Below are positions 39,998 to 53,341 of a DNA stretch of 64,000 nt, one piece after another (the stretch's first letter is position 1; each line of letters opens with the position of its first letter). Both the position numbers and the translations under genes were made by a program. Location of the stretch: contig NC_042997.1 in the NCBI RefSeq assembly GCF_006345805.1, positions 128,154,001-128,218,000 on the forward strand, in the 5' to 3' direction. Source of the DNA: Octopus sinensis. Its lineage: Eukaryota. The notes below the pieces were generated by a model. It searched no databases. It was not told where the DNA came from and saw nothing but the letters and a program-made list of their open reading frames with translations.

Positions 39998-41192
39998 CTT
40001 TTCGGGCACAAGGCCCGAAATTTTGGGGGAGGGGGCCAGTCAATTAGGTCGACCCCAGTACTCAGTTGGTACTTAATTAATCGACCCCGAAAGGATGAGA
40101 GGCAAAGTCGAGCTCGGCGGAATTTGAATTCAGAACGTAAAGACAGTTGAAATACCTATTTCTATTTCTTTACTACCCACAAGGGGCTAAACACAGAGAG
40201 GACAAACAAGAACTGACAAACGGATTAAGTCGATTATATCGACCCCAGTGCGTAACTGGTACTTATTTAATCGACCCCGAAAGGATGAAAGGCAAAGTCG
40301 ACTTCGGCGGAATTTGAATTCAGAACGTAGCAGAAGACGAAATACCGCAAAGCATTTCGCCCGGCGTGCTAACGTTTCTTATTTCATTATTGCCCACAAG
40401 GGGCTAAACATAGAGGGGACAAACAAGGACAGACAAAGGGGTCAAGTTGATTACATCGACCCCAGTGCGTAACTGGTACTTAATTTATCGACCCGAAAGG
40501 GTGAAAGGCAAAGTCGAGCTCGGCGGAATTTGAACTCAGAAGTAAAGACAGACGAAATACCAATTCTTTACTACCCACAAGAGGATAAACACAGAGAGGA
40601 CAAATAAGGACAGACAAACGGATTAAGTCGGTTACATCAATCCCAGTGCGTAGCTGGTACTTATTTAATTGACCCCGAAAGGATGAAAGGCAAAGTCGAC
40701 TTCGGCGGAATTTGAATTCAGAACGTAGCAGAAGACGAAATACCGCAAAGCATTTCGCCCGGCGTGCTAACGTTTCTTATTTCATTATTGCCCACAAGGG
40801 GCTAAACATAGAGGGGACAAACAAGGACAGACAAAGGGGTTAAGTCGATTACATCGACCCCAGTGCGTAACTGGTACTTAATTTATCGACCCCGAAAGGG
40901 TGAAAGGCAAAGTCGACCTCGGCTGAATTTGAACTCAGAAGTAAAGACAGACGAAATACCAAATCTTTACTACCCACAAGAGGATAAACACAGAGAGGAC
41001 AAATAAGGACAGACAAACGGATTAAGTCGGTTACATCAATCCCAGTGCGTAGCTGGTACTTATTTAATTGACCCCGGAAGGATGAAAGGCAAAGTCGACC
41101 TCGGCGGAATTTGAACTCACAACGTAGCGGCAGACGAAATACGGCTACGCATTTCGCCCGGCGTGCTAACCTTTCTGCCAGCTCGCCGCCTT
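39998..41192 (-). mobile_element. Head-to-tail hexamer of the Nin/Deu-domain SINE inside one 16-bp TSD
   Basis: Units 39998-40156, 40157-40379, 40380-40561, 40562-40777, 40778-40960, 40961-41192. TSD AATGTT(A/G)AG(C/T)AATATT at 39982-39997 and 41193-41208. Confidence 0.95.
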
Positions 41193-41623
41193 AATGTTGA
41201 GTAATATTGCCATCATGGAAAACTGCAGTGAGTGAATAAGGTGAGCCTCAACGAGTTCACTCTACAAGCTATGTATAGCAGCCATATCTCCGTAAATTTA
41301 TACACAACCATCTTCAAGTCAGAAAGGACACTAACAATGAAATACGTTGATATACAAAAAATACAGAATGATCTTCCAAGAAATACCTTTGATCACATCT
41401 TTGCTCAGTCATATTTCGGCTAGGACTAGGACTTAACAGCAACAACAACCATGACGATAAACAAATTGCCTTACAAATAAGTGGTCTGGATGAAGCTGTA
41501 AAGTCAACAATATTTTCCACACAACTAACCACGCCGTTGTACATTGAGATCGTCGCCACACAACAACTAACAACGCCGTTGTGTACATTGAGAAGATCGT
41601 CATCTATACAGTAGTATATTTTG

Positions 41624-41969
41624 AAGGGTAAAGGGTAAAGACTCCCTTCGGTCATGAATGACCATGGAATTGCACCTAGAAAGTCACCCCCCGACGCACA
41701 AATCCGGCGAGGTTGTTTATAGAAAACCAGTTGTCGCCCATGCACAGCAACCTCCTCTCTCCACGCCACTAATGCTATTCAAGGGAAAAGCAAAGACCGA
41801 TACAGCTTGGCACCAGTGATGTAGCAACTCATTTCTATAGCTGAGTGAAGTGGAGCAACGTCAAATAAAGTGTCTTGCTCAAGAACTCAACACAGCCCGG
41901 TCCAGGAATCGAAGTCACTACCTCATGATTGTGAATCCGACGCTCTAACGACTGAGCCATGCACCTACA
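41624..41969 (-). mobile_element. CORE/Meta-like SINE with (AAGGGT)n tail
   Basis: Same family as 5865-6211. Confidence 0.85.
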
Positions 41970-42059
41970 TATTGTATCACTTTGTTCATCATTGCCTCCA
42001 TATAAATAAGGTTAGGGATATAGCATAACAAAACTACTACATATCCACACCTGGTCAGC

Positions 42060-42640
42060 TAACTTGACTTATTTGAAAAATATAAGTGATACTGGCGACA
42101 TCATCATTGGAGATTACAAATATGTTCCAAAGACTGACAATACTACCTGGATGTGGAGTGTAGGGAGTTGTGGTGGACATTGCAGTATTATAGTGCTGGT
42201 AGTGAAACTTGTCGAAGATACGTAGAGATCGACGAAACCTTTCTACACACACTCGTTCAGTGAACAAGCGATGTTGATTTGTAGAGTTATGTCGAATAAA
42301 ATTATATTGTTTGTGGAGACGAAATCCAGTTATCAACCAAATTCGTTATGAAGATCTCCTCAATGCTTTCCTTTAAGGTAGAGCGCGTAGTTTCTCTCTT
42401 CTTCTTTTTTCCACTTCGATTGGTATCTGTAGCAAAAGAGTAGTGTGATGGACAAGATTAAGAAGTTTGTGGTCAGGGCTTTTGTTCTCCAGCCAAGACC
42501 TTATTTCAAGTATCCCTAAACGAGAAAGTGTTGCCCTCCACTATATTCTCTGAAAGGTGGGTAAGCATAGCGAGTACGGCTTTGTTAAATGGGCAAGAGG
42601 GTGTAGAAATCGTAAGAGTTGAAGAGCAATCCTACATCGA
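42060..42640 (-). mobile_element. Possible Penelope-like N-terminal remnant
   Basis: LITGFRL...VERFRRSLRIFDKFH loosely recalls the PLE N-terminal GLxF..FxRxLRL motif. Weak. Confidence 0.25.
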
Positions 42641-42758
42641 TGGTGGCTTCTAATTCCTTTGTGAGTGCCTATTTGTGCTGACTACTAAATTTCTAACCTA
42701 TCTTAATATATTTTATTGTTTCCCTCCCCACTGTTTAGATACATGAATACGTACCTAA

Positions 42759-42811
<53 letters not shown>

Positions 42812-42874
42812 CTTTCTTTCCTTCTTTCTTTCTTTCCTTCTTTCTTTCTTTCTTTCTTTGTCTGTCTGTCTGTC

Positions 42875-44190
42875 CGTGTCCTCTAACGGTGCATTGTATT
42901 TAGGAATCAATCTTGACAGGCCATCCGCATCTCCTAATTTTTTCGATGGTAGAAAATTCCATCTTAAAATGTTGTTTTAGCAGGATTGTCCCCCAGCGCT
43001 GCAATTGGGATACCCTTTTTCGATCCGTAAATTGATAACAAAAGATGGTGATCTGTTTGCAGACAGAATTTCCTTCCATGTATGAATTTGTGAAATATTT
43101 TCACCGCAAAAATAATGGCTAGTGCTTCCTTCTCAATTTGGCTGTAGACTTTTTTCAGCCGCCAACAATGAACATGAAGCATGAGCAATGGGTTTTACGC
43201 TACCATTTTCCATACTTGTGTAAAATTACCGTTCCTATACCACTTTCGCTAGCATCTGATGCTACTACTATTTTTAAATTTGGATAATGATAGTTCTGAT
43301 GTTAAAACCTTTTAAATTTCTTCGAACGCTTTTTGACACTTGTCTGACCAATACCATTTTACAACTTTTTTTCAATAGATTATTTAGGGGTGCTCTTAGC
43401 TCATGCATATTTGGCATGCATGTTTGGTAACAGTTCGCGAGCCCTAAGAACGCTTGTAATGTTGTAATATTTTTCGGGGAAGGCATATTTTTTATTGCCG
43501 TCGATCTTGAAGGATCTGTCCTGCAACCATTTTTATCAATAACTTGCCCAAGATACTTTATTTTTGGCATGAAAAATTTGCATCTTTCCTCTGTACTCCT
43601 CTATCTTCTCAAAGACCATTTTAATATGTTCCTCATGCTGGTTTCTAGACTCACTTTTTATGAGTATGTCATCCAAATATGCTATAGCGAAATCCGTATC
43701 TACAAGCATTGTGTCCATCACTTGTTGGAAAATACTAGGTGCCACCATTATCGCGAAAGGAAGTCGATTGAATTTATATAAACTTTTATGAGTGCTTATC
43801 GTTGATAATTTCGAATATTCTTCCTCGACTTGTGACTGTAAATACACCTCCGACCAGTCCAACTTTGAGAAAAAGTTTCCTCCATTGAGTTTCACAAAAA
43901 GATTTCCTCTGGACTTAGTAGTGGGCAACTGTCTGTCCTTAGACATTCGTTCAAACCTGTTGAAAAGTCCGCGCATACTCGTATTTTGTTATTGTTTTTC
44001 TTTACGTAAACAGTGCTGCCCATTCTGAATAACCAACTTTTTCTATAACTTCCAGTTTTTCTAGCCTATCTAATTCCTCGCTGACTTGATTCAAAGCCGC
44101 GAAAGGTACGGATTGCTTTCGTTTAAACATCGGTACGGCGTTTTCTTTTACTTGAAATTTTGCAGTTGGAGCATGATTTTTAACAGTTGG
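42875..44190 (-). mobile_element. Gypsy LTR retrotransposon (lineage A): RT and RNase H
   Basis: VPFAALNQVSEELDRLEK; FFSKLD; RLPFAIMVAPSIFQQVMDTML..IAYLDDILI; YLGQVID; YSQIEKEALAIIFAV..TDHH; LQRWG..ADGLSRLIP..PLEDT. Confidence 0.95.
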
Positions 44191-44229
44191 CAGTAATTTT
44201 GGTTACTCGGACATATATTGCCGCAGAAG

Positions 44230-46850
44230 ATGACGATCGTGGCACGTGATGGAATCTCCAACGCCAGAGAACAGTTCTGCTGAAGTAAAATTCATGTCCG
44301 CCTTAATTGAGGTTCTGATATCTATCAGTATAATAGGCATATATTCTAACCACCTGTATGTGTTGCTGGATTCTTTAAGTGGTTTTAAATTGGCGGTGAA
44401 AACGCGCGTTCATTCCATTTGCCACAAAAGGATAAGCAGCAATACTAATCCTCTTAATATCCTGTAATTGGGTTAACTCAGCAAAACAAACTAGATTCAA
44501 ACTGCCAAATAAATTGTCCGTTGTTATCATAGCTATATCTCAGAAGGCGAAATCCAGTTGTAAAAACAGCACCTTTGCTACGGTTGCTCATGAAATATAT
44601 ATGATAGGAATGCCATCAGGCCACCTAGAGAAACGTTCAATAGATGTCAACAGATAGTTATAATCTTGAACAAGAGATAAGGGTCCAACAATATTCATAT
44701 GTATATGCTGAAAACGAGCGCTCGGTGCATAAAAAGTGCCTTAAGGAATTCTAATAGGAGGATGAGCTTTTGATTTTTGACAAGATGTGCAATGCCAAGC
44801 CCAATGATGAACATGACTATTTATGTGTTGCAAATTGAATCAAGCTGAAATGAGTTGCTCCAGTTCTGCAATTCCCAAGTAAAACATTATTATGAAAAGC
44901 AACGAAAACTGAACATCTACGTTTAGCAGGTACAAAAGCTAGTTCATGACCAGTAAATATCACACTAAATATGCTTCGTGGAAGCAGATAGAGGAACACG
45001 GTGGAATTCTAACAAAGATGACAGAGTTCTTTAACTGTAGTAATTCTCCATTCGTTTTCTGGTTCACAGCAATTCTTTCCAACCCAACAGAATTCCTGTA
45101 GTGAAGAGAATTCACATGAAGTCGGGAAAAGGCATCAGCTGCGCAACTACTAGAATCGTTGATATGACGAATATCGGTAGTAAACTGCGATGCAAAATCA
45201 AGGTAGCTAATTTCCCTTGCGAAACGTTTAACCATTTTAGATTTAAGTGCAAAAGTTAATATCTTATTATTAATATGACAACATTTTTTCCTTGTAGTAA
45301 ATGACAAAAATGGTTAACATCTATAGATATGCTGTTAATAATTCCCAACCAAAAGTATTATATCTAGATTCCGCCGGTTTGGAGCTCTCCGACAAAAAGG
45401 ACAAAAGTTACCAAGAATCCTGAATAGATTGTAAAACAACACCGATTCCCATGTCAGAAGCATCCATTAACAAAGAAAGGGGTGCATGTGGTATTGGGTG
45501 AGTTAATGTAGTCGTGGATAATTTCTCTTTAATCTCGTTAAACGACCGCAATTCTTCTGATGTTAAAAGTATTTTCTCGTTCTTCCTTTTTAGATTTTGT
45601 AGCAAATCTGTTAAAGGGCAAGCCGTTTCAGTTTCATGTGAAATAAAACGTCTAGAAATTCACTAAACCAAGATATTCACATAATTTTCGTAACGAAGTA
45701 AAGCTGGAAATTGAACGAGTGCACCTAGCTTTTTTCCGTCAGAGGACGAATACCATTGCAATCAACGATATGGCCTAAAAAGGTTATATATGAAACAACA
45801 AAAGGACATTTATAGGGTTAATCATCACGCCGTAATGTTACAACCCAGTAAAGAGTTGATTTAGATTACGTTTGTTCAGCGATTCTGAAGCATTAGCAAT
45901 CAATAAATCATGAATGTACGCAACAACAAAATTCAAACCGTAACTCCATCAATAAATCTCTAGAAAGAATTCACGGGATTTATGAGCTCCAAAAGCATTC
46001 TAACGATTTCATGTAGTCTAAATGGTGTGGTAATAACCGTCTTATGATTGTCACTGGGTTGTTTTAGAATCTGGTTATATGCACGAACTAAATCTATCTT
46101 TGGTAAAAACAGAAAAACTGTAACAATATATAAAGATGAGAAATCATGCATGCGAGGAATAAAATATTTATCTGGTATCGTTCTAGAATTTAATATCCTG
46201 TCGTCTCTGCGGAGACGCCAATACTCATCAGTCTTCTTCGGCAATATATGCTGAGAAACCCAAATTGCTATAAGGCGGAATAATACGAACTACATGCAAC
46301 GTGGCTAAATTCCTCTTTAGCAATTTTCAAACTGGTTGGAGCAAGATCGAGGATGAGCAGAAATAGGAGGTCCATTTCTAAAACTACGATGTGCTACTGA
46401 ATGTAATGGTTTTCTGTCGCTAAAAACTGAGCGAGTGACGTCCGAAAATCGACTAAGAAAAGCATGATAATTACTAGATGTAGAAGCGACAAAGAAAAAT
46501 AAACTGGAAATGGTAACCTTTGCGTTAATATCCACAAAGTAGTCGTAGAATCAATTAATATATATTATTAATCAACTGGAAAATCAAAATAATGAAGAAA
46601 ATCAGCGCCGACGACTGAATACGCAAAATCAGCCATGACAAAATACCATTTGAAAACTCAGTGTAAACTCAAGTCTAACGTCATAGGTCTTCCTCCATAA
46701 AAGGGTATTACTGAATGGTTTACTGCTTGCAAAGTAATCACTGTTGATTGCCGTGTGCCGCTGTCAGCTGCTGTGAAACTGTAAGTCCAAATAACCACTC
46801 AGCAGAAGTGTCCACGAGTAAACGTGATTTTGAAGTATAAACAAAACCAT
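44230..46850 (-). mobile_element. Second Gypsy element (lineage B): protease-RT-RNase H-integrase, heavily degraded
   Basis: LLVDTSA...VVGADFL (protease, 46560-46830); WRL..LNSRTIPDKY..KIDLVRAYNQI..KTVITTPF (RT); DASDMGIG; AADAFSR; QFESSLF..AYPFVANG..RFHRQFK; WLEYMPIILIDIRT..AELFSG. Confidence 0.9.
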
Positions 46851-47749
46851 AAAATAAGTGATATACCGTAGAAGCGTTAGAAGATGGAGTCACTGTTGAT
46901 CTTTGGTGTCTACGTTTTCTTCTTGCTTAGCAGCAGATAGAAAAGAACAGTGTTGTATTCAACGATGAGCATTCGAGCCGAATCTGTAATGATGCCAACA
47001 CTGTGCATAATTTCTCCTGCAAAAGTTAGAGAAGCGTTTACGCTCTGAATTTCTTGAACTGGATGTCGAAAGCGCGGAAAAAAGTAGTTTAGAGACATTC
47101 CGTTTTTCCACGAGGGCTTCAGTCTTGTCTTACGGAAAGCCACCAACTCGTAGCTATACGTTCGGATTTATGGGCACAGCATTATATCAGTGTCGGTATT
47201 GGCTTAGAGAAATTACTTCTGTAGTTGCCGGGCTGACGGACTGCATTCATTTAAGTTCAGCGTTTGTAGTATTTACCATTTTCATTAGTAAAGACGCGGG
47301 AATTACAATGTTAGAGGGTCATCGTTCGTGGTTGGTAGCATACAATATTAGGTACAGTGTGTGTGAGGATGAGAATGACCACACTAATACTTTAATATTA
47401 TTTCTTTTTTTATTACCCAGAACAATTGAATTTACATATTCACAACAATTATTTGAATAAAGCAACATACAAGAAATAGTGAATGTGATTATTAAAAGTC
47501 TTCTTCACGTAAAATATTTTAGTTATTCATATGAAAATCACTGATGGTAATTGAAGGCAGAATAAGTAGAAATATTGAGAACATCCTATCACGAAACTGA
47601 CGGGCAGGGTTCTGTGTAGCAACGGAGATTATTCTGCTTTTATAAGATTCAGTCTGGTGACAGTTAATTTCTTGAAGCTGGCCTTTTCCTTTTATGGTAA
47701 TATAATCGCACCGTGGCTCTAAATGGGATCTGATCCAACGGTTTGAAAC

Positions 47750-48580
47750 CGATCAGAAACCTCGCTACAAGTGTTAAGTGCTGTGAGTGCTTCGTCTGTT
47801 GCGTAGAAAAAGTGCAATGGAAGTTGTGTTATTTTGATGGATTTGATGTTTGTGTTTCTTTTATGTTGTGTGTAATGCAACATTTTAGTGTCGGTTAGTG
47901 CTTTTATAGAGAATTTGCTACGTGGGATCTGTGGGTTGTATTACTGAGTTATTATTCAGGTCTGTAGAATGTAAAGTGTGTGTGTGTGTGAGAGAGAGAG
48001 AGTCTGTGTGTGTGTCTGTGTGTGTGGTGTGTGTGTGTGTGTGTGTGTGTGCACGTGTGTGTGTATGTGTGTGCGTGTGTGCTGCCTTATGTTATTGTGT
48101 TATGTTTGTGTATAGTATATTTTACGTGGGTTCTGGTCATATTATTTATGGTGATTAATTTGGGTGTGTTATGTGAACTATATAATTTTATTTGGTGGTA
48201 AATGTATAAGTTATGTGTTGTGTCTGATTAACAGACAGTTTTTTGAGTGGGATGCACAAATGAATTGAAAATGCTTTGCGTAGGATGTGGGCTGTACCTT
48301 GCACTCTATTGAAGTTTGTAGACAATAGTACGGTTTATATATTTTCTTCACGTTCTTCTTTATCGTACACTGGAGTTCCATTTATTATCGATGCCGTTTT
48401 TATTCTCAAGTCTTTCACTTTACTTATTGCTACGTCAAAACTCTTGTACTTTGATAGTTCTCAGCCACCTTCCGCAAGAGATTTTAGTTACAAGGGATCA
48501 ACATTTCTGTCAGAGTATAGAGATGATTATGTATTTATAAACTGTTCGACTTGATCACTTTGTCAGTCTGGTAGGCATAC
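47750..48580 (-). mobile_element. R4/Dong-type LINE 3' end
   Basis: KYKSFDVAISKV... and GTAHILRKAFSI, then an AC-rich UTR split by a (GT)n run. Confidence 0.75.
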
Positions 48581-48702
48581 CCACTGATTACTAGGGCCAG
48601 ATTGTTAATCGTCGCCATGCATCGTGTTAAGATCATGCCCGGTCAGTTCTCAGTTTTCTCGGGTGGAATGCTTTTGATAATATTTTATGTAAATACATGC
48701 TC

Positions 48703-48749
<47 letters not shown>

Positions 48750-50254
48750 ATATATACACTCATACATACATACATACACACACACACACGCAGACACACA
48801 TACACACACACACACACACACAGACAAATACATAGTACATTAAAGAAAAAGTTTACAACGACTTCAAAGTTTTAACTTACTTCCCTTCGTTTAGCGGAAA
48901 TGAGACAAAACAATTTGTGTTGTTTTGCCTCATTTTATTTTATCAAAAATGACTGATGTTAAATCTAATATTATTTCGTCAGGGGACCTACGTTTTTATT
49001 CTTTTTATTTATTCTTCTTAATTACTAGCCTTAATCACCACTCCTCTTGCTTTTGCTTTTTCTCCATCTCAGTCACCAAGACTCCACTATGTTTTACCTA
49101 TTATTATGTCTTCTCACCACAGTATAATTTTCTAACAAACCGTATCCAAGAGCTTGTTGACGTCACTATGTCGGCAGTTCTGTCTAAAGACATCAAAACT
49201 GCGTAGTCTTGACGAAATAGCTACTGGGGGGCATATTTCGTTTGTTCTGCATTTTACGTGTTTTTGCCATTCATGAAGACCGTTAAATTCATGACTGCCG
49301 ATGCACACTTCCAACTCTTCCCGTACGTTATATAAGTATGTGTATGTGTGTGAATGTATGTATGTTTGTTTATATGTGTGTGTGTATACATACGCACACA
49401 CACATACACACAAGCAAACACATAAACACACATATGTGTATATGTCGACCAATATTATATGAACTCCAAAAAGCTATAAACTGCGTGGCCAGCTTGATAA
49501 CGACACTGCGTTGTTGAAGATATGGAGTACATATTCTCTGTATTTCATTCCAAGGCAAGACTTTATATGTTTTAATCATATTTATATTTCGATATAGCTA
49601 ACAACTTTATTAACTTTAATATCTGCAACCGTTTCTTGTCTGAAAATTTCTTAGCGAAGTTGATCTACCTTAGACTGTGCAGCTTGTTGCTTAACCCCAG
49701 GTCAGACCTGATCACGCAGACCTGCGATCGAAAGCTTTCAAGTCGTGTGACCGTTCCATCTTTCCAGAAATAGTTTATCACATACTATTATTGTTTATGC
49801 TCCTGCAGATAATAAATTACCAAAACATTTTGAAATAACGTTCGTCAAGATTAGCGTAATTGCAAACTGGGTGAATAGAACAGAATAGAATAGAATAGAA
49901 ATATATTAACATGCTCGACATGTCTGTTTTATACCTCACACGCACAGACATAGACACAAAGAAAAATAATTCTTCCCAAACCCCTTCTTCGCTAATATAT
50001 GGAATGAGAAACACAGGAATCGTTTCATGAGTTGTAATAGATCACACTTTACAAATGACACTTAAGGATAATCTACTAAACAAATATACAAGTTATACGT
50101 TAGGTGTTGCAATAATAGATGTTGAGACTGTAAAAGATAATAAAGGCACACCTTACTTCAGAAGTAGAGCTACGTCCTCAGTAGCAGCACTACCACCACC
50201 ACCACCACCACCACCACCACTACTACCATCATCACCATCGCCATCGCCATCATC

Positions 50255-50302
<48 letters not shown>

Positions 50303-50957
50303 GTCATCAGCTTTCTAAGTAGGGTGAAATAACTATAATTACAACAACAACATAAAAAAAATGCAACCAGATATTCTATGGAAGCTGGAGAAAACGGTGC
50401 TAACCTCCCTCTCTTCCTTCTCCTTTCTCTTTCATATTTGTTCTTTGTTGCTTTTTTACATTCTACCATTTCTTGCATTTTGATTCTTTAAAGTTGTTTT
50501 TTGTAAAATATGTATAACCATACATACATACGTGTGTATGTGTGTGTACATGTATTTGTGTATCTAGTTTTCAGCTAAAACAAACATGACTTATTTCTTA
50601 ATTCTATTTCACCCTATATTTTTCAGATATTTTAAGTCACTTTACTGTATTTAATCTTATTTCTTACATATTTTTTTTCTGTAAAAAGGAATGTTCTGGA
50701 AAACAGCTTAGGCTAGAAACATTGCCTTTTTGATTGTCTAAACTCTCTTTCAGCGTGTGTATTGGGGTGGTGATGTATGTGCGAGTATATGGATACATAT
50801 CAATGTATGTTGATGTACACCAGTATATATTTATATGTATATGTATAAATATATGTGTGTGCGTGTGCGTATGCGCGTGTGTATATATATATATGCGTGT
50901 ATATATATACACACACACACATATTTGCATTTTATGTATGCATAAATATGTACGCGA

Positions 50958-50960
50958 GTG

Positions 50961-51012
<52 letters not shown>

Positions 51013-51180
51013 GTAATGATAATAATGATGATGATGATGATAATGATAATAATAAGAACAACAACAACAATAATGAGAACAACAACAACAACAATAATGA
51101 GAAGAAGAAAAAGAAGAAGAAGAAGAAGAAGAAGAAGAAGAAGAAGAAGAAGAAGAAGAAATAAAGATGATGATGGTGAT
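50958..51180. repeat. Compound trinucleotide microsatellite (AAT/GAT/AAC/GAA)
   Basis: Directly visible. Confidence 0.95.
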
Positions 51181-51439
51181 TTTATTAACAGTAACATCAA
51201 AGTTTTGACGGTTGTGACTGGTTCACACAGTTTGAACAAGCCTTGCTCAGCGAAACCTCCAATAAAATTATAAATATTAGACTCGTCCTGAGTTCTTTGT
51301 TAAGAAACTAGTATCGTTAATTGTATAAGTATGTGAGTGTGTGCGTTATATATATATATATAACGGAGGTGCATCAGCATGGTCGCAGCTATGAGCTGAA
51401 ATTACAGCAAACATATATATATATATATATATATAATAT

Positions 51440-51491
<52 letters not shown>

Positions 51492-52660
51492 CTGTATGGA
51501 CTTGTATATTCCAAACAATGATAGAGCCAGAGAAACCGGTCAGATGTATATTCTTCGATACAGTTTCACAAGAGGTCTCACATACATGCGTGGACAATTT
51601 TAGAATTTGTGGAAAGCCACATTACATTTATCAGCAAAACTGCTTCGAAAGAGTTAAGCGAAGAGCTTTCTCCCCATGACAGTCTGCTAAGTACCGTCAG
51701 GATTCGCTAACCAGTATTTTTCGGCACATGCTCATGATCCGCTTCATAAAGAAGTATGACAGCTACAGCCATACAAAATGCGACATGCATACTTCTGAGA
51801 GGCAAAAAGAGGCCTTCCTCACACATATTCTTACCTGAAAAACATATATAATCCAAACAAATAGACTCGAATATATAAACAGATCGAATATATAAACCCC
51901 ATTCATTTTTTGATATTGTTAAAAGAGCAACGGTTCGCAGCCCATGTCAGCCTTCACATCCCAAAGCTCCTTGCAGGAAAAATAATAAATGTGCCAAAAT
52001 GTATGCCAAGAAACTGACAAAAGAAGTTGCCCACTAATGCTGAATTCCTTTGAAATTGCTGAATTCCTTTGAAATATGCCATCAATGTTGAGTTCTGTCA
52101 ATCAGTTGAATATGTGGAAATATGTCATCAAGAGGTTTTATGCTGCTATGTAATGTCTTCAAAGATAAAACAAAAATGAAAGCGACCCAGTTCCAGCTGG
52201 GAAAGCACGTTAGCAACAATAAAGAATTCCGGTGCATTCTTTATAATTTCTAATTAATGAACGGCATTAATTGGAAATCCAATTAATGTTGCTCATTAAT
52301 TGCGAATCCAAGAAAGCGTACATCTAGAAAATAGACAAAGTCTACTTTACCGAAGAAAATACTTTGCAAAAGACATTCGCTCCCAAAAATAAAACTGAAT
52401 GCCTTCTTCAAAAGTACGCTGCTTTAGTCTACAGTAAATTATTTCTACACTTTGACAAGTAAATAATACATAAAAAGTACATATTAACTTCGCAGCCCTA
52501 TAAATGACATTTTTAAACACGAGCACTTGAGAAGATTGACCAGTATTCAGCTAAGCCAACAAGAATGTTTTATGTTCATATAATGCTCTATGATGTTAGA
52601 AACCTAGAACTCTTTGAGGACCTGCATACAAATACACTCATAGAATATATGCGTATAGAC

Positions 52661-52798
52661 GCAGACATGGCTGTGCGGTTAAGAAGCTCGCTTTGCAATT
52701 ACGTGGTTTCGGGTTCAGTCCCACGACGTAGTACTTTGGACAAGTTTCTTCTACGACCCAAGTTTTGTGAATGGATCTGATCGGCGGAAATCTGTCTT
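52661..52798 (+). mobile_element. Head of the composite SINE family
   Basis: ATGGCTGTGCGGTTAAGAAGCT...GGGTTCAGTCCCAC...CAAGTTTCTTCTAC, followed by (GT)n. Confidence 0.7.
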
Positions 52799-53303
52799 GT
52801 GTGTGTGTGTGTCTATGTATGTAAATATACACAAATATAAGATATACTACAGTAGTATGTATGCATGTATGCGTGCATGTTTTCGTGTGTGCGTTCAAAT
52901 ATCCGTTAGAATTTCAGAAATATGCCGTTAAAATATATTAACTTTGTTCTAACACCATATTCTGCAATTCAATCCGCCCCCAAGAGGATTTTCCTCGCAA
53001 TATATGTCACTTTATACCTGTGTTGCTGTGTATATTGTCCCCATGTGAACTAACATGTAGCTGTGCAATGGAGATAGTTCTTATCCTTCGGTGCTATTTA
53101 ACGTGTTTGTTCAACTTCCTGAAATAATGAAATACCTCAAGTGGACGTATAACGAGGGGAAGCGATCCCCTATATACAACATATACCATTGCATTATTTT
53201 AGCTCGTTTATTTTTGTATGCATCTGTGTTCAAGTGTATATATGCATATACGCACACACACAATCAAATACAAACATACAGGTATATACATGTGTGTAAG
53301 TTT

Positions 53304-53341
<38 letters not shown>

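Noticed and set aside
51285-51325. Hammerhead relic CCTGAGTTCTTTGTTAAGAAAC
   Set aside because: Needs two separate deletions to restore the core.
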